Assembly: GCA_039931675.1 (NCBI GenBank)
Contig: JBDTRM010000023.1
Span: 16,006-80,005 of the forward strand
Reading direction: 5' to 3'
DNA from: Bacteroidia bacterium
Lineage (GTDB): Bacteria > Bacteroidota > Bacteroidia > AKYH767-A > OLB10
Length of the DNA stretch: 64,000 nt
Shown here: piece after piece, positions 47,451 through 57,973 of the stretch
Layout of the letters: each line of letters starts with the position of its first letter
How positions within the stretch are numbered: position 1 is the stretch's first letter
Notes under the pieces: generated by a model
The model's database searches: none
What the model was told of the DNA's origin: nothing
The model's input: the letters and a program-made list of their open reading frames with translations, nothing else
Made by a program: the position numbers and the translations under genes

Positions 47451-48419
47451 TTATCTCACTTCGGCACTTTTTAAAGCTGATAGCTGCTGAAGCATATCAT
47501 CGGTCATTTTATTGAGATCATAGTCATGCTTCCATCCCCAGTCATTTCTTGCATAACTATCATCAATGCTTTGCGGCCAGCTATCAGCAATTGCCTGTCT
47601 TGAGTCAGGTTTATAACTGATGTTAAATACCGGTATTTGATTTTTAATAGCTGCCGCTATTTCGGCAGGGGTAAAATCAATAGCTGCTAAATTATAAGAT
47701 GATCTTATTTTTACCTGAGATGAATCAGCATGCATCAATTGAAGTGTGCCACGTATGGCATCAGGCATATACATCATGGGCATACGTGTATCACTTCTTA
47801 AATAACATTCGTAATTTGATTTGGTTAGAGCTTCGTGATAAATGGCCACTGCATAATCAGTAGTTCCTCCACCGGGATCGGCTTTGTAACTGATAAGACC
47901 GGGATAACGAATACTCCGCACATCAACACCAAACCTGTTGAAATAATATTCGCACCAGCGCTCACCGGCAAGTTTGCTGATGCCATATACTGTTGATGGT
48001 TCCATCACCGTGTATTGAGGTGTGTTTAATTTTGGTGTTGTGGGCCCAAAAACAGCAATTGAACTTGGCCAGAATATTTTTAATGAGGTGTTTTCGCGCG
48101 CAATTTCAAGCAGGTTAAAAAGACCTTCCATATTTAAACGCCAAGCTGATTTTATTTTCTGTTCAGCAGTTGCTGATAATAAAGCTGCAAGTAAATAAAC
48201 CTGTTTTACATTATGGCTTTTAATAGTTTCATAAATCTTCTTACTATCTAAAACATCAATAAATTCAAATGGGCCGGTGTGATCTCCGAGTGCTACAGGT
48301 TGTGCTTTTAAATCAGCGGCTATTACATTCTGATCTCCGTATTGGTTTCTCAGTGCTTCTACAAGGTCAGTTCCAATTTGTCCTGATGAGCCTAACACTA
48401 AAATTCGTTCTGTATTCAT
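47451..48419 (-). CDS. NAD-dependent epimerase/dehydratase family protein (L-threonine 3-dehydrogenase-like, extended SDR)
   Basis: 'RILVLGSSGQIGTDL' Rossmann motif and 'YGISK' catalytic YxxxK. Resembles short-chain-type Tdh. Confidence 0.6.
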   Translation of the reverse strand: MNTERILVLGSSGQIGTDLVEALRNQYGDQNVIAADLKAQPVALGDHTGPFEFIDVLDSKKIYETIKSHNVKQVYLLAALLSATAEQKIKSAWRLNMEGLFNLLEIARENTSLKIFWPSSIAVFGPTTPKLNTPQYTVMEPSTVYGISKLAGERWCEYYFNRFGVDVRSIRYPGLISYKADPGGGTTDYAVAIYHEALTKSNYECYLRSDTRMPMMYMPDAIRGTLQLMHADSSQVKIRSSYNLAAIDFTPAEIAAAIKNQIPVFNISYKPDSRQAIADSWPQSIDDSYARNDWGWKHDYDLNKMTDDMLQQLSALKSAEVR

Positions 48420-48619
48420 ATATGATAACTTTGGTTCCTTCTTAAAATATTAACTTATCAATTTTTGATATTCATAATCAACACTAAAATATTTTCATCA
48501 ATCAAGGTGAAATTTTTTCAGCATTATTATTGGCCAAAGATACATTTATCTTGAATTACACATTGTAAGTTTTTAGTTTGAAAATGGTTCAATGGATGTG
48601 GGGATTGTGCAGGGCATTA

Positions 48620-48655
48620 ATTCTTATAAAGGCATAAAAAAACGCACCTGTTTAT
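48620..48655 (-). terminator. rho-independent terminator
   Basis: Stem aacgcacc/ggtgcgtt. On the minus strand it is followed by a ttttttt run, 35 nt after the stop of the 48690..49391 gene. Confidence 0.6.
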
Positions 48656-48689
48656 AAGGTGCGTTCAATATTTTTCGGATTAATATTTT

Positions 48690-49391
48690 TTATTTGTGAG
48701 AAACAACTAACTTCTGGCTTGATAAAGTTTTGTTATATTCTTTAAGCACATAAAAATAAATTCCTGAATTAAGGTCATTTGTTGGAATATTCAGCACTCC
48801 ATTTTTGCTTTGCAGGTTATACACAGCAACCTTGCTTCCCAACATATTTACCAATTCAACTTTGTAAGCAGATGGATCAGCTTTTAAAGAATAGGTAATA
48901 GTAGTGTAAGCATCAGCAGGATTTGGACGGGCAGAACTTAGCATAGGTTTTGCGGAAGCCAAATCTGTAATACCACTTAAAATAGGATAGTTGATAACTA
49001 AAGTAGTCTGATCAGAAGGATTACTTGCTACATAAAAACTATAAGTAATGGTACTTGCACCTGCTATGCCATGCGTGTTTAAATCTCCAACAAAATAATT
49101 GTTGCTTCCATTACCGGCAATTGTAACATATCCGCCACTAATATCAGTTAGTGAATCATAGCATTGATCCCAGCAAAACTGGCTGGTATGACCGGGGAAT
49201 AAATTATTTTGTGTACGCTGGCACATAACATTTTTCGGGAAAGGGGTTGTATTATTAATAGAAACAGAAGCCACCAAAACCGTTGCATCAAAAGCACTTG
49301 GGTTAATAACGAGACCGGAATTAGTAAGACTCTGTGCCTGTGCAACAAGGCCAGTAATTAAAACTATAAAACTTAGTAAAATTTTCTTCAT
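48690..49391 (-). CDS. T9SS type-A C-terminal sorting domain protein, function unknown
   Basis: 233 aa. Signal peptide. C-terminal 'RPNPADAYTTITYSL...SGIYFYVLKE...QKLVVSHK'. Confidence 0.55.
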   Translation of the reverse strand: MKKILLSFIVLITGLVAQAQSLTNSGLVINPSAFDATVLVASVSINNTTPFPKNVMCQRTQNNLFPGHTSQFCWDQCYDSLTDISGGYVTIAGNGSNNYFVGDLNTHGIAGASTITYSFYVASNPSDQTTLVINYPILSGITDLASAKPMLSSARPNPADAYTTITYSLKADPSAYKVELVNMLGSKVAVYNLQSKNGVLNIPTNDLNSGIYFYVLKEYNKTLSSQKLVVSHK

Positions 49392-49562
49392 TTTGGGTTT
49401 TATTTTAAATAAATATAATCGGCCAAAGGTAAAATAAAAAAGGATTAAAAAAACAGTTCATAAAAAATTACAATCGTTTTACCTGAAGTAATTCTATTTT
49501 TATACTTTTGGCGGCTCTAAAATTATAAACATTTATATATAAATTAATAAAAATTAAAACAA

Positions 49563-51509
49563 ATGAATAAAAAACTACTACTTATTATTTGCCTTTTCTT
49601 AGGCATATCAGGCGCAAATGCGCAAACTTATTTGACCGAAGACTTTGAAGGTGTAGCACTTCCTGCCGGTTGGGGTCAGGTAACAGCTGCTACTGACGGG
49701 GGGTGGAACTTTGGTGTGAACTCTGCACTGCAAAGCGCTAATTTTCCTATCGCTGCGCATACAAATATTGCATGTACAAATGATGATGCATGTAATTGTG
49801 ACAAAAGCAACGATATAATTTACACATCTTCTATTGACCTTAGTGCGGCTACTTATGTTTTTTGCTCTTATGACTGCTATTACTATAATTTGACTTATCA
49901 GGCCATCACCGAAACAGCTACAATAGTTGTATCCACTGATGGTGGTACAACATGGACTGATGTTGTAACTGTTCCTGCAAACACAGGCTCATGGCAAACC
50001 AACACAGCTGATTTATCAGCTTATGCGGGTAATGCTGATGTAAAAGTTGGTTTTAAATATAGCGACCAGACAGGTTGGCTTTATGGCTGGGCTATTGATA
50101 ATGTATCCATTTATGCGCCTCCAGTTGGCGTTGACTTAGCTGTTTCTTCAACCATTGTAGGTAAAGATGATCCGACTCCTGCATTTGTTGCATATCCAAA
50201 ATACATAGCTAATTTACCTTTACAGGTAAGTACAACCGTTACCAATAATGCAACTGTACCTGTTACTTCATTTGATTATTCATGGACTGACGGAGTAAAT
50301 ACGTACAACCAATCATTTACAGGTTTAAATATTGCTCCTGTTGGCACGTATTCATTTATTTCGAATAACCCGTATAATACCATGAGCGGAAGTCAAACTA
50401 TTACATCTACAGTATCCAATATTAATGGGGGTGTTACAGAACTTAATACTACTAACAATATAGCAACCTATGATGTTCAAGGTGTTACTCCAAATCCTGA
50501 CATGAGATATTTTGCTGAAGAAGCTACAGGAACATGGTGCGGATGGTGCCCGAGAGGAGCAGTATTTATGGAGTATATGAAAGAAACTTATCCCGGCAGC
50601 TTTGTTGGTGTTGCGGTTCATAATGCTGATCCTATGACAGTTACGGCTTATGATGCAGGTATCGGAGCATTTCCGGGTTTCAGTGGTTATCCAAGCGTAA
50701 TAGTTAATCGCACTGCTATTATTGATCCTTCACAATTGGAAGGCGACTTTATTGATTATATTTCTAATGCTCCTGCAGTAGTTATTACAGGTACTGCTAC
50801 ATTAAACTCTGTTACTCACGCACTATCTGTTGACGTTACCGGAACTTTCTCTCAAAATCTTAGTGGCGATTATCGTTTTCTAGCTATTGTTGAAGAAGAT
50901 AGCGTACACGCCACTACATCTACTTATGCACAGAATAATTATTATACAGGAAATGCTCAGGGACCTATGGGTGGTTTTGAATCATTACCTGCTTCTGTGC
51001 CTGCTGCTCAAATGTATTACGAATTTGTTGGAAGGGCTCTTTTAGGAGGCTTTGGTGGTCAAACCGGTAGCTTACCTGGTACAATAACATCAGGTTCAGC
51101 TTATCCGTATCAATTTACTTCAACTGCTGCTGCAACCTGGAATCCAAACAAATTATCTGTGGCTGTGGTAGTAATTGAAACCAGTACAAATCATGTTCTT
51201 AATGCTGCTTCTTTTCCAGTAACTGTTGTTTCAGGTATCCAGGAAAACTCTTCTTTGTCAGGTTCTTATATTTACCCGACAGCAACTAATGATGTAATTA
51301 ACCTTTCACTTACTTTAGCAAATACAGAAAAAGCTACAGTTATAGTAACTGATGTTTTAGGTAAAGAAATTTTAAATCAAAACTTAGGTGTGATAACTAA
51401 AGGTGAGCACCAGATGCAATGGAACGTAAATTCTTTAGCAGCAGGTGTATATAACTTAAATGTTCAAACTTCAAGCGGATTGTTTTCGCAAAAGTTTGTA
51501 AAAAATTAA
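49563..51509 (+). CDS. T9SS type-A CTD protein with internal thioredoxin-like CxxC motif
   Basis: 648 aa. Signal peptide. 'EEATGTWCGWCPRGAVFME' WCxxC motif mid-protein. C-terminal 'IYPTATNDVINLSL...GVYNLNVQTSSGLFSQKFVKN'. Confidence 0.5.
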   Translation: MNKKLLLIICLFLGISGANAQTYLTEDFEGVALPAGWGQVTAATDGGWNFGVNSALQSANFPIAAHTNIACTNDDACNCDKSNDIIYTSSIDLSAATYVFCSYDCYYYNLTYQAITETATIVVSTDGGTTWTDVVTVPANTGSWQTNTADLSAYAGNADVKVGFKYSDQTGWLYGWAIDNVSIYAPPVGVDLAVSSTIVGKDDPTPAFVAYPKYIANLPLQVSTTVTNNATVPVTSFDYSWTDGVNTYNQSFTGLNIAPVGTYSFISNNPYNTMSGSQTITSTVSNINGGVTELNTTNNIATYDVQGVTPNPDMRYFAEEATGTWCGWCPRGAVFMEYMKETYPGSFVGVAVHNADPMTVTAYDAGIGAFPGFSGYPSVIVNRTAIIDPSQLEGDFIDYISNAPAVVITGTATLNSVTHALSVDVTGTFSQNLSGDYRFLAIVEEDSVHATTSTYAQNNYYTGNAQGPMGGFESLPASVPAAQMYYEFVGRALLGGFGGQTGSLPGTITSGSAYPYQFTSTAAATWNPNKLSVAVVVIETSTNHVLNAASFPVTVVSGIQENSSLSGSYIYPTATNDVINLSLTLANTEKATVIVTDVLGKEILNQNLGVITKGEHQMQWNVNSLAAGVYNLNVQTSSGLFSQKFVKN

Positions 51510-51520
51510 AAATTAGTTTT

Positions 51521-51548
51521 TTTTAGATTAAAGAGCCGCCTCATAAGC
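51521..51548 (+). terminator. rho-independent terminator
   Basis: 'aagagccgcctcataagcggctcttttaat': 9-bp GC-rich stem plus U-tract 12 nt after the stop. Confidence 0.65.
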
Positions 51549-51659
51549 GGCTCTTTTAATATAAGACATAATTAAATTTCAAGTTGCTCGATTATAATAT
51601 AATGAGGAATTTGAAAAATAATTAGGTATTCACATCCATTCTTAAAAACAAAACTAAAT

Positions 51660-52223
51660 TTGCATCTCAATAAAAAATTATCTTCAATGAAAAACTCATA
51701 TAAAACCATTGCAGCACTTGTGCTTTCAATCCTTACAATTACATCTTTTTCATTAAACGCTCAAGACAAAGCAAAAGGAATTCCATCCGTGAAATTAAAA
51801 ACATTAGATGGTAAAATTATCAGTTCAGATGATTTTAAAAATGATGGCAAACCAATCATTATTGATTTCTGGGCAACATGGTGCAAGCCCTGTGTTAATG
51901 AGTTAAACACAATACAGGAGCTTTATGGTGACTGGAAAAAAGAGACGGGTGTAAAACTTATCGCCATTTCAATTGATGATGCAAGAACTATGTCAACTGT
52001 TGCATCTTTTGTGAACGGTAAAAATTGGGATTATGAAGTTTATCTTGATCCTAACAGCGACTTTAAACGTGCCATGAATGTTAATATGGTGCCTCATACT
52101 TTTATCTTAAATGGTAATAAGGAAATAGTTTCTCAACACAGCTCATTTGCTCCGGGCGATGAAGAGAAACTTTATGAGGAAGTAAAGAAGGCCGCAGCAG
52201 GCGTTCAAACTAAAGGCGAATAA
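51660..52223 (+). CDS. TlpA/ResA-like periplasmic thiol:disulfide oxidoreductase (thioredoxin family)
   Basis: 'PIIIDFWATWCKPCVNELN' WCxxC thioredoxin motif. Signal peptide. Alternative start at 51687. Confidence 0.75.
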   Translation: MHLNKKLSSMKNSYKTIAALVLSILTITSFSLNAQDKAKGIPSVKLKTLDGKIISSDDFKNDGKPIIIDFWATWCKPCVNELNTIQELYGDWKKETGVKLIAISIDDARTMSTVASFVNGKNWDYEVYLDPNSDFKRAMNVNMVPHTFILNGNKEIVSQHSSFAPGDEEKLYEEVKKAAAGVQTKGE

Positions 52224-52305
52224 GTTTACAGAAAAAATTATCAACGACCCATTTTAAAAATCAGATAATTTTTATTCATCAACCCTACAACTCCAAACTC
52301 AATTT

Positions 52306-53955
52306 ATGATAAAGCACAAATTGAAGAATTGCATTATAGCAAGCTTAATAATCTTATTCTCATCAATTACTTACAACACCAATGCGCAATTAAATCTCCC
52401 AAATGGTGTTTCGGGTTCATTTCAAATGGATGCGCAGTCATACAAGGAGGATTCAATTATTGGTGCACCAGATGTACCCGAAAATATAGGCACTAATGGC
52501 TACCTTGATTTGAAATTTAATAGCGGCAACTTTAAAGCGGGCCTACGTTATGAAGCCTATCTGAATGCATTGCAAGGTTATGATCCTGAAGGACGATACA
52601 AAGGCACAGGAATCACCAACCGCTATGCAGGCTATACTTACGAAAATCTTGAAATTACAGCAGGTAATTTTTATGATCAGTTTGGCAGCGGTTTAATTTT
52701 TCGCAGCTATTATGATTATGATTTAGGTTATGATAATGCAATGGATGGAATGTTATTAAAATATAATACAAATGGAATTTATGCCAAAGGTTTTATAGCA
52801 CGTCAACGGGCATTTTTTGATTATGGCCCTGGATTGGTTCGCGGTATTGACGGTGAAATTCATCTCAGCGAATTGTTTCCTTCGGCAAAATGGGGAAAGA
52901 CAAACCTGATACTTGGAGGAAGTTTTGTAAGTAAGTTTCAACAAAAAGATCAGTCCTCAACTATAAAACAACCGGAAAATGTAGGAGCATCAGCCGGGCG
53001 ATTAAATTTTATTCATGGACCGTTTAATATTTATGCTGAGTATGCTTACAAAATTAACGATCCGAGTTATGTGAACAATTATATTTTCGCTCCTGGCCAA
53101 TCTTTATACATAACAACATCATATACCAAAAAAGGGTTTGGAATTAATGCTGCTGCCAAACGCATTGACAACATGAACTTCAGGAGCGATCGTGATGCTA
53201 CGGGCAATGTGCTTAACATCAATTATCTTCCTGCAATATCAAAAAATCAAACCTATCGCCTGGCAACATTATATCCTTATGCAACACAGCCTAATGGTGA
53301 AATGGGAATTATGGGCGAAGTATTTTATACTTTTAAGCCTGATACCAAACTTGGCGGCAAGCACGGGACTTCAATTAGTGTAAATGCATCACACATTAAT
53401 GATATTGACCGTGAACCAACAGGCGATGAGTACGGTTATCATTCTGATTTTTTTAAAGTAGGCGAAACTGTTTTTTACCAGGATGTGAATGTTGAAATAA
53501 CAAAAAAGCTTAGTAAAAAAATAAAAGCTATTGCAACTTACATTAACCAGATTTACAACGAGGAAGTATTAAAAGGACATCCTGATTCACCAATGATTTA
53601 TACCAACATTGCAGTATTAGATCTCACCTATAAGTTTACTACAACTAAAAGTTTGCGTATGGAGTTTCAGCATTTATGGACTGAACAGGACCTCGGCAAC
53701 TGGGCTTTCATATTAGCAGAATACACTATTGCACCGCACTGGTCATTTAATGCTTACGATGAATACAACTATGGAAACGATAATAAAGATTTACGGGTGC
53801 ATTATTTAAATGGCGGCATAGTTTACAATAAGGGCGTTACGCGGCTTGCTCTTGGTTATGGCAAACAGCGTTCAGGATTACTATGTGTAGGAGGTGTATG
53901 CCGGCAAGTACCTGCATCAAACGGATTTACGTTTAGTGTATCCACAAGTTTCTAA
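52306..53955 (+). CDS. outer-membrane beta-barrel protein of unknown function (DUF-type partner of thioredoxin genes)
   Basis: 549 aa. Signal peptide. Alternating beta-strand pattern with Y/F-rich ends. Ends 'GFTFSVSTSF' (C-terminal Phe). Confidence 0.45.
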   Translation: MIKHKLKNCIIASLIILFSSITYNTNAQLNLPNGVSGSFQMDAQSYKEDSIIGAPDVPENIGTNGYLDLKFNSGNFKAGLRYEAYLNALQGYDPEGRYKGTGITNRYAGYTYENLEITAGNFYDQFGSGLIFRSYYDYDLGYDNAMDGMLLKYNTNGIYAKGFIARQRAFFDYGPGLVRGIDGEIHLSELFPSAKWGKTNLILGGSFVSKFQQKDQSSTIKQPENVGASAGRLNFIHGPFNIYAEYAYKINDPSYVNNYIFAPGQSLYITTSYTKKGFGINAAAKRIDNMNFRSDRDATGNVLNINYLPAISKNQTYRLATLYPYATQPNGEMGIMGEVFYTFKPDTKLGGKHGTSISVNASHINDIDREPTGDEYGYHSDFFKVGETVFYQDVNVEITKKLSKKIKAIATYINQIYNEEVLKGHPDSPMIYTNIAVLDLTYKFTTTKSLRMEFQHLWTEQDLGNWAFILAEYTIAPHWSFNAYDEYNYGNDNKDLRVHYLNGGIVYNKGVTRLALGYGKQRSGLLCVGGVCRQVPASNGFTFSVSTSF

Positions 53956-53989
53956 TTTATTACTTTTGAAAATCAAATTCATAATTGAC

Positions 53990-54826
53990 ATGAAGCAAAC
54001 AATTCAAAAATCTTCGGTAATACTGATACTTGCAATATTTAGTATTGCAATAATTTCATGCGATAAAATTTCTCCGCCATACACCCAGGAGATTGCAACG
54101 GTTGTTACCAAACGCAAAGTTTTATTGGAGGATTATACAGGGCACACTTGCCCTAATTGCCCCAATGCCGCAAAAGAAGCAGACACTATTGCAAACTATT
54201 TGTACAAAGATCAGGTTGTGGTAATGGCACTGCATGTTGGTGGTTTTGCAACACCATACCCTGGCGCATTTTATTATGATTTCAGAACCACAGAAGGCAC
54301 AGAACTTGATAACTTTTTTGCATTGGCTACAAGTGGTTTACCAAAGGGCATGATTAATCGTGCAGGCTTTCCTGCTCTTACACATAAGAAAGCCTATTCA
54401 ACATGGGCAAACAATGTATTTACTGAATTGTCAAAACCGGTTGAGGCCGCTATTGAAATTTCTAATACCTATAATCAGTCAACAAACACAGTAATAACTA
54501 CTGTAAATTCAAAATTTGTTGAAGATTTAAGCGGCAAGTATTTTTTAAGTGTTTTTTATGTGGAGGATAGTATAATTCAACCGCAGTCAACTAACGGTGG
54601 AGGTACTATTTCAGACTATGTTCACATGCATGTATTGCGTGGATCATTTAATGGTACGTGGGGAGAACAAATTGCCTTAGATCCTCAAAAAGATTCAGAG
54701 GTATCAAAGACGTATGCTACTCCTTTAAAAACTGATGCTGTTCCCAAAAATTGCCGCGTGGTTGCTTTTATTTATAATTTTGATACTAAAGAAGTTGTGC
54801 AGGCAGATGAAAAGCAAATACAATAA
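53990..54826 (+). CDS. Omp28-like thioredoxin-fold lipoprotein with CxxC motif
   Basis: The ORF-track start at 53894 overlaps the previous gene. M at 53990 gives a signal peptide plus lipobox (IISCDK). 'EDYTGHTCPNCPNAAKE' CPxCP motif, paralogous in context to 'GTWCGWCP' in 49563..51509. Confidence 0.5.
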   Translation: MKQTIQKSSVILILAIFSIAIISCDKISPPYTQEIATVVTKRKVLLEDYTGHTCPNCPNAAKEADTIANYLYKDQVVVMALHVGGFATPYPGAFYYDFRTTEGTELDNFFALATSGLPKGMINRAGFPALTHKKAYSTWANNVFTELSKPVEAAIEISNTYNQSTNTVITTVNSKFVEDLSGKYFLSVFYVEDSIIQPQSTNGGGTISDYVHMHVLRGSFNGTWGEQIALDPQKDSEVSKTYATPLKTDAVPKNCRVVAFIYNFDTKEVVQADEKQIQ

Positions 54827-54926
54827 ATTTTATTTTTAAAACATAAGTTGTAAAAGATGGTTTTAAGAAATTGAAATCATCTTTTTGTTTTTATAAAAAG
54901 GGCAGTTTTAAAAATTCACCTTTAAT

Positions 54927-54984
54927 CTTCTCTCCCTTTGTCCGCCCGTGCCAGTTCGGACGGGGAGAGATAAGAGTGAGGAGT
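54927..54984. repeat. GC-rich REP-like hairpin element (copy 2)
   Basis: 'tctctccctttgtccgcccgtgccagttcggacggggagagataagagtgaggag'. Stem tctctccc/gggagaga plus gtccg/cggac. Shares the ggagag...gtgagg motifs with 8230..8277. Confidence 0.5.
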
Positions 54985-55024
54985 ATAAAAAATGAATTTT
55001 TGGAATTGCCCAAAACTTAAATTC

Positions 55025-55588
55025 ATGAAACATAAAATAGTTGTTGCAGTAACAGGAGCAAGCGGGAGTATTTATGCCAAAGTCTTATTTGATAAGTTGG
55101 TTCAATTACAAGAACAAGTGGAGCAAGTGGGCGTAATATTTTCTTCCAATGCGCGCGATGTATGGCAGTTTGAAATGGGCAACAGCGATTATGAAAACCT
55201 TCCCTTCAAACTATATGAACCCAAAGATTTTTTTGCACCATTTGCCAGCGGTTCGGCAAGGTTTAAAACTATGATTATCTGCCCATGCAGCATGGGAACA
55301 CTTGCTCGTATTGCCACAGGGGTTTCAAACGATTTAACTACCCGTGCTGCTGATGTAATATTAAAAGAGCGCAGAAAATTAATTCTCGTAACCCGTGATA
55401 CACCGCTAAGTTTGATACACATTAACAACATGAAATCGGTTACAGAGGCCGGTGGAATTATCTGCCCGGCATCACCATCATTTTATTCAAAACCCCAAAC
55501 CATGGAGCAACTTGCAGCCACAGTAATTGACCGTGTTCTTGACCTTGCCGGGTTTGAAAACAAATCATATCGCTGGAATGAAAAGTAA
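55025..55588 (+). CDS. ubiX: flavin prenyltransferase UbiX
   Basis: 'KIVVAVTGASGSIYAKVL' and 'ICPCSMGTLARIATGVSNDLTTRAADVILKERRKLIL' are UbiX/Pad1 signatures. Start taken at MKHKIV. Confidence 0.85.
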   Translation: MKHKIVVAVTGASGSIYAKVLFDKLVQLQEQVEQVGVIFSSNARDVWQFEMGNSDYENLPFKLYEPKDFFAPFASGSARFKTMIICPCSMGTLARIATGVSNDLTTRAADVILKERRKLILVTRDTPLSLIHINNMKSVTEAGGIICPASPSFYSKPQTMEQLAATVIDRVLDLAGFENKSYRWNEK

Positions 55589-55732
55589 GACCTATCAGGG
55601 GAAACGAAGACATTACTTGTATGGAATTATTTTTTAAACCAATGATTGTTTAAATATTTTATCCACAGCAGCAATTTTTAACTTGCATAATCCGTTCAGC
55701 TTTCCATATCTTTATCCTAATCAATTAACCCC

Positions 55733-55927
55733 GTGTATATGTTTGAGTACACCAAAGAGATTCTTTTGAAAGTTAGTTTTGACAAAAAGTTGTTCAGGAA
55801 GGAACTTATTAAAGCAGCAGGTTGGCTAAAGCCCGATGAAAAAAAATTGTTAATGATGTGGGCCATGGCTAATTTCGGACATCAATACATGGATATTATC
55901 CATGAAGTATTTAAAAAGATGGCTTAA
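55733..55927 (+). CDS. hypothetical small protein
   Basis: 64-aa ORF with no motifs. Overlaps the queG 3' end by 17 nt. Confidence 0.25.
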   Translation: MYMFEYTKEILLKVSFDKKLFRKELIKAAGWLKPDEKKLLMMWAMANFGHQYMDIIHEVFKKMA

Positions 55928-56906
55928 TAAATTCTATGTTTCTTTTTAATCCTTCGAAGCCGGTTCTTTTTACTGCTGATTTCGAAAACATTTTTTGAAA
56001 AACGTCTTTAGTAATTTCAATCCATTCATCCCGGGTCATTTCCAGCAAATGATCTTGAGGTTCGAAATCAGGTTCATTATGCGGTTTTGAAAAACGGTTC
56101 CACGGGCATACTTCCTGGCAGATATCGCAACCAAAAACCCAGTTTTCAAATTTTCCTTTATGTTCAATTGGTATTGCATCTTTCAATTCAATGGTAAAAT
56201 ACGAAATGCATTTACTGCCATCTACAATATATGGTGCGATAATGGCCTCCGTGGGACATGCATCAATACAGCGGGTGCAGGTGCCGCAATAATTCTGAAT
56301 GGAAATATCATAATCTAATTCTAAATCAACAATCAGTTCAGCAATAAAAAAGTAAGAACCCGCTTTAGGATTAATAAGGTTTGAATTTTTTCCTATCCAG
56401 CCTAAGCCACTTCGCTTAGCCCAAGCCCTGTCGAGCACAGGAGCTGAGTCAACAAAAGCGCGACCGATTACATCACCAATATTTTCACGAATAAAATTAT
56501 GCAACTCCTTTAGCTTTTCTTTTATCACAAAATGATAATCGGTTCCATAAGCGTAACGCGAAATTTTTGGAGCATCATCATGCAATTGCTTTTTATCAGG
56601 ATAATAATTCAGCGAAAGCGAAATCACACTCTTAGCTCCGTCAACTAATAAACGCGGGTCAAGCCGTTTATCAAAATGATTTTCCATGTAGCTCATTTTT
56701 CCATTCATGTTGTGTGTGAGCCATTGTTCTAAACGAGGAGCCTCTTCTTCTAAAAATTCAGCACGCGAAAAACCGCAATGGGTAAAGCCTAAGCGCAATG
56801 CTTCTTCTTTAATAAGTACCGAGTTACTTTTCATGCGGATAAAAATATGATGCTGTGAAATTAATTTATTGTAATTCATATCATTGGATGATTTCAATAA
56901 AAACAT
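55911..56906 (-). CDS. queG: epoxyqueuosine reductase QueG
   Basis: '[16 protein letters not shown]' and '[11 protein letters not shown]' 4Fe-4S ferredoxin motifs. N-terminal '[10 protein letters not shown]' is typical of QueG. Confidence 0.8.
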   Translation of the reverse strand: MFLLKSSNDMNYNKLISQHHIFIRMKSNSVLIKEEALRLGFTHCGFSRAEFLEEEAPRLEQWLTHNMNGKMSYMENHFDKRLDPRLLVDGAKSVISLSLNYYPDKKQLHDDAPKISRYAYGTDYHFVIKEKLKELHNFIRENIGDVIGRAFVDSAPVLDRAWAKRSGLGWIGKNSNLINPKAGSYFFIAELIVDLELDYDISIQNYCGTCTRCIDACPTEAIIAPYIVDGSKCISYFTIELKDAIPIEHKGKFENWVFGCDICQEVCPWNRFSKPHNEPDFEPQDHLLEMTRDEWIEITKDVFQKMFSKSAVKRTGFEGLKRNIEFIKPSF

Positions 56907-56988
56907 TTTCAGATAGATGTTTTTTTAATGATTTATTATAATATCTTTGTGCTATCATTTTAATATCACAATTTAAAACTCATAAACT

Positions 56989-57843
56989 ATGACACCAGAA
57001 AAAGTTTACAAGCCAATGTCCGGGTATGGAATGTTGGTTGCATTTTTTATATTAATTGCAATTGCGATCGTAGCCGCAGCAAATAATTATGAAACTATTG
57101 TTCCTTTCATTATTATTCCTGAAGTTTTTATTGCACCCGGTTTTTTTATTGTTAATCCAAACGAATCAAAGGTGCTTATCTTATTCGGCACCTATAAGGG
57201 AACAGTTAAAAACAATGGCTTCCTGTGGGCCAACCCGTTTTTCAAAAAGCAACACGTTTCATTGCGCATGCGTAACCTTAACGGGCAAACCTTAAAGGTA
57301 AATGACAAGCTCGGCAATCCTATTGAGATTGCTGCCGTAATTGTGTGGCAGGTAGCAGATACAGCCAAAGCAATTTTTCAGGTTGACGATTATGTGAAGT
57401 ATGTAAACATTCAAAGCGAAGCTGCCGTGCGACATCTTGCAGGCACTTGTCCGTATGATAATTTTGAAGACAGCGAAGCAACAGTTACTTTGCGTGGAGG
57501 CAGCGATAATGTAAATCAAATGCTGCTTGTTGAATTAGATGAGCGATTAAGCAAGGCAGGGATTAAAGTGGACGAAGCGCGCATCAGCCATTTAGCTTAT
57601 GCACAGGAAATTGCAGGTGCGATGTTGCAGCGTCAGCAGGCAACCGCAATAGTTGCAGCTCGTCACCAGATTGTGGAAGGTGCTGTAAGTATGGTTGAAA
57701 TGGCACTTGCAAAATTATCGGAACGCCAAATTGTAAACCTTGACGAAGAACGCAAAGCATCTATGGTAAGCAACCTGTTAGTGGTTTTATGTGGAGATAG
57801 AAATGTAAGCCCGGTAGTAAATACCGGAACACTTTATAATTAA
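56989..57843 (+). CDS. SPFH/band-7 (stomatin-prohibitin) family membrane protein
   Basis: N-terminal TM helices. Central beta/alpha core. C-terminal Ala/Gln-rich coiled-coil 'AGAMLQRQQATAIVAARHQIVEGA'. Confidence 0.6.
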   Translation: MTPEKVYKPMSGYGMLVAFFILIAIAIVAAANNYETIVPFIIIPEVFIAPGFFIVNPNESKVLILFGTYKGTVKNNGFLWANPFFKKQHVSLRMRNLNGQTLKVNDKLGNPIEIAAVIVWQVADTAKAIFQVDDYVKYVNIQSEAAVRHLAGTCPYDNFEDSEATVTLRGGSDNVNQMLLVELDERLSKAGIKVDEARISHLAYAQEIAGAMLQRQQATAIVAARHQIVEGAVSMVEMALAKLSERQIVNLDEERKASMVSNLLVVLCGDRNVSPVVNTGTLYN

Positions 57844-57855
57844 AAATATAATCGG

Positions 57856-57966
57856 AGGCCGTCATTCCGAATTTATTTCGGAATCTGAATAGGCTTGGCA
57901 GATGCTGAAACGAGTTCAGCATGACGCTGCCCCTCGTCACTTCGTTACTTCGTCCTCTCGTCACTT
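57856..57966 (+). promoter_or_regulatory. hairpins plus 12-bp direct repeats upstream of RHH gene (candidate operator/terminator region)
   Basis: Hairpins attccgaa/ttcggaat and atgctgaa/ttcagcat. Direct repeats 'ctcgtcacttcg' ... 'ctcgtcactt' immediately upstream of 57974. Confidence 0.35.
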
Positions 57967-57973
57967 AAAACGC

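Noticed and set aside
53894-53989. Upstream extension of the Omp28-like gene overlapping the end of the preceding gene
   Set aside because: An internal Met gives a canonical lipoprotein signal peptide. The extension overlaps the upstream barrel gene by 60 nt.
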